Source of the DNA: Escherichia phage EP-M-A
Length of the DNA stretch: 24,264 nucleotides
Strand: one strand, 5' to 3'
Sequence record: OR992643
Shown: positions 23,134-24,264 of the stretch, one piece after another
Numbering within the stretch: position 1 is the stretch's first letter
Layout: the number at the start of each line of letters is the position of its first letter
Notes under the pieces: model-generated
Database searches by the model: none
What the model was told of the DNA's origin: nothing
What the model saw: only the letters and a program-made list of their open reading frames with translations
Made by a program: the position numbers and the translations under genes

Positions 23134-24264
23134 ATGGCCCAGAAGAAAATAACCGACGAACAGTTACAGGAAGAATTGAACGCCGGGATGAAGAATATAG
23201 ATATCGCCCGTAAATACGGCATCTCAGACCGCGTTATTCGTATCCGTAAAGCGAAGCTGGCGAAAAAAGGCGTAGGCCACGGGCGTGACGTTAGCCATCT
23301 AGTACCAGACGGCTACAAGATTAAAGGAACGTCGTCACTGGTGGACGAGTTCGGCAACACTAAGTTGCAATGGGTTAAGACAGACACCGATGCCGAACGT
23401 CAGGTCGAGTTGATGAAAGCCGTAATCGAAGGAATGAAATCAGAGATTACGCCAGTCGCCCCTGTTAAAGCAGCACGCGCCAAACGCGACGACAAGCTAC
23501 TCAATCTTTACACGGTATCTGATTTTCATCTCGGTATGCTGGCCTGGGCCGACGAGAGCGGCGACGACTGGGACATGAAGATTGCGGAAGACCTGTTCTC
23601 CCGCTGGTTCGACGCGGCGTTTCAGAAAGCACCGGATGCAGGAACTGGAGTTATTAACCTGCTAGGCGACTTCGCGCACTTCGATAGCCTGGATGCCGTT
23701 ACGCCAACTAGTGGTCATGTCCTTGACGCTGACACGCGCTATCAGAAACTGGTCCGCTACATGATTCGTATGGTACGCCGTGTTGTAGATATGGCACTTG
23801 TTAAGCATAGAAATGTTCGTTTGCTTATAGTGCAAGGGAACCACGACGAAAGCGGAATGATTTGGCTGGCTGAGATGTTCAGTACGCTGTACGACAATGA
23901 GCCTCGTGTGTTCGTCGATACGTCGCCGGATGTGTACAAGATGGTACAACACGGCAAAACGACTCTGTTCTTTACACATGGCCATAAATGTCGGTTTGAG
24001 GTGGTCGAACCAATTATGATAGCTAAGTTCCGCAAAGCGTTTGGCGAAAGCGAGTACAGCTACGCCCACGTAGGCCACCTGCACCATCAGAAAATCGTAG
24101 AAAGCCGTAACATGATTGTCGAGCAGCACCGAACCCTGGCGGCGAAAGATGCATATGCTTCCCGCGGAGGGTGGATGTCGGGCCGTAGTGCAAATGTAAT
24201 TACTTATAGCGCCGAATATGGCGAGGTTGCACGTTTAACTATTTCACCGGAGATGCTGGGATGA
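23134..24264 (+). CDS. calcineurin-like metallophosphoesterase (SbcD/Mre11-type motifs) with an N-terminal HTH-like domain, 376 aa
   Basis: Motifs SDFHLG, LLGDFAHFD, VQGNHDE, THGH, HVGHLHH; N-terminal NIDIARKYGISDRVIRIRKAKL is HTH-like; GAGGAAG Shine-Dalgarno before ATG 23134; TGA stop at the window end. Confidence 0.7.
   Translation: MAQKKITDEQLQEELNAGMKNIDIARKYGISDRVIRIRKAKLAKKGVGHGRDVSHLVPDGYKIKGTSSLVDEFGNTKLQWVKTDTDAERQVELMKAVIEGMKSEITPVAPVKAARAKRDDKLLNLYTVSDFHLGMLAWADESGDDWDMKIAEDLFSRWFDAAFQKAPDAGTGVINLLGDFAHFDSLDAVTPTSGHVLDADTRYQKLVRYMIRMVRRVVDMALVKHRNVRLLIVQGNHDESGMIWLAEMFSTLYDNEPRVFVDTSPDVYKMVQHGKTTLFFTHGHKCRFEVVEPIMIAKFRKAFGESEYSYAHVGHLHHQKIVESRNMIVEQHRTLAAKDAYASRGGWMSGRSANVITYSAEYGEVARLTISPEMLG

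Noticed and set aside
1-24264. CRISPR arrays, tRNA genes, rRNA, transposase or insertion-sequence elements
   Set aside because: No regularly spaced direct repeats, no cloverleaf-like 70-90 nt candidates recognisable by eye, and no transposase-like ORFs; a tRNA search was not run, so small tRNAs cannot be strictly excluded.

Overview
This window reads as a segment of a tailed dsDNA phage (siphovirus-like, probably enterobacterial), with no rRNA, tRNA, CRISPR array or integrase recognised. Layout: (i) 1-1501, a leftward cluster of at least seven very small early-type genes, several under 60 aa and absent from the ORF track; (ii) 1502-1996, a roughly 500 bp non-coding control region; (iii) 1997-14016, a rightward replication/DNA-metabolism module (HTH proteins, AEP-primase/helicase, divergent XRE regulator, acidic protein, Cas4-like nuclease, gp2.5-like SSB, family A DNA polymerase, HNH-AP2 endonuclease, VRR-NUC nuclease, C5-cytosine methyltransferase, SNF2 ATPase); (iv) 14045-22737, a leftward tail module (G/GT chaperone, tape measure, M/L/K-like proteins, J-like tip protein, tailspike); (v) 22889-24264, an Imm-like membrane protein and an HTH-metallophosphoesterase. 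The most unusual observations are: a methyltransferase whose conserved motifs are split across two reading frames; a family of about seven promoters sharing the palindrome GAATAG-N4-CTATT(A/C), next to a candidate XRE repressor; a duplicated hairpin-plus-initiation-region cassette in front of the DNA polymerase and one other gene; and a near-identical VTEEDLE C-terminal tail on the primase-helicase and nuclease. All calls are from reading the sequence and motif recognition by eye; no database search or HMM was run.
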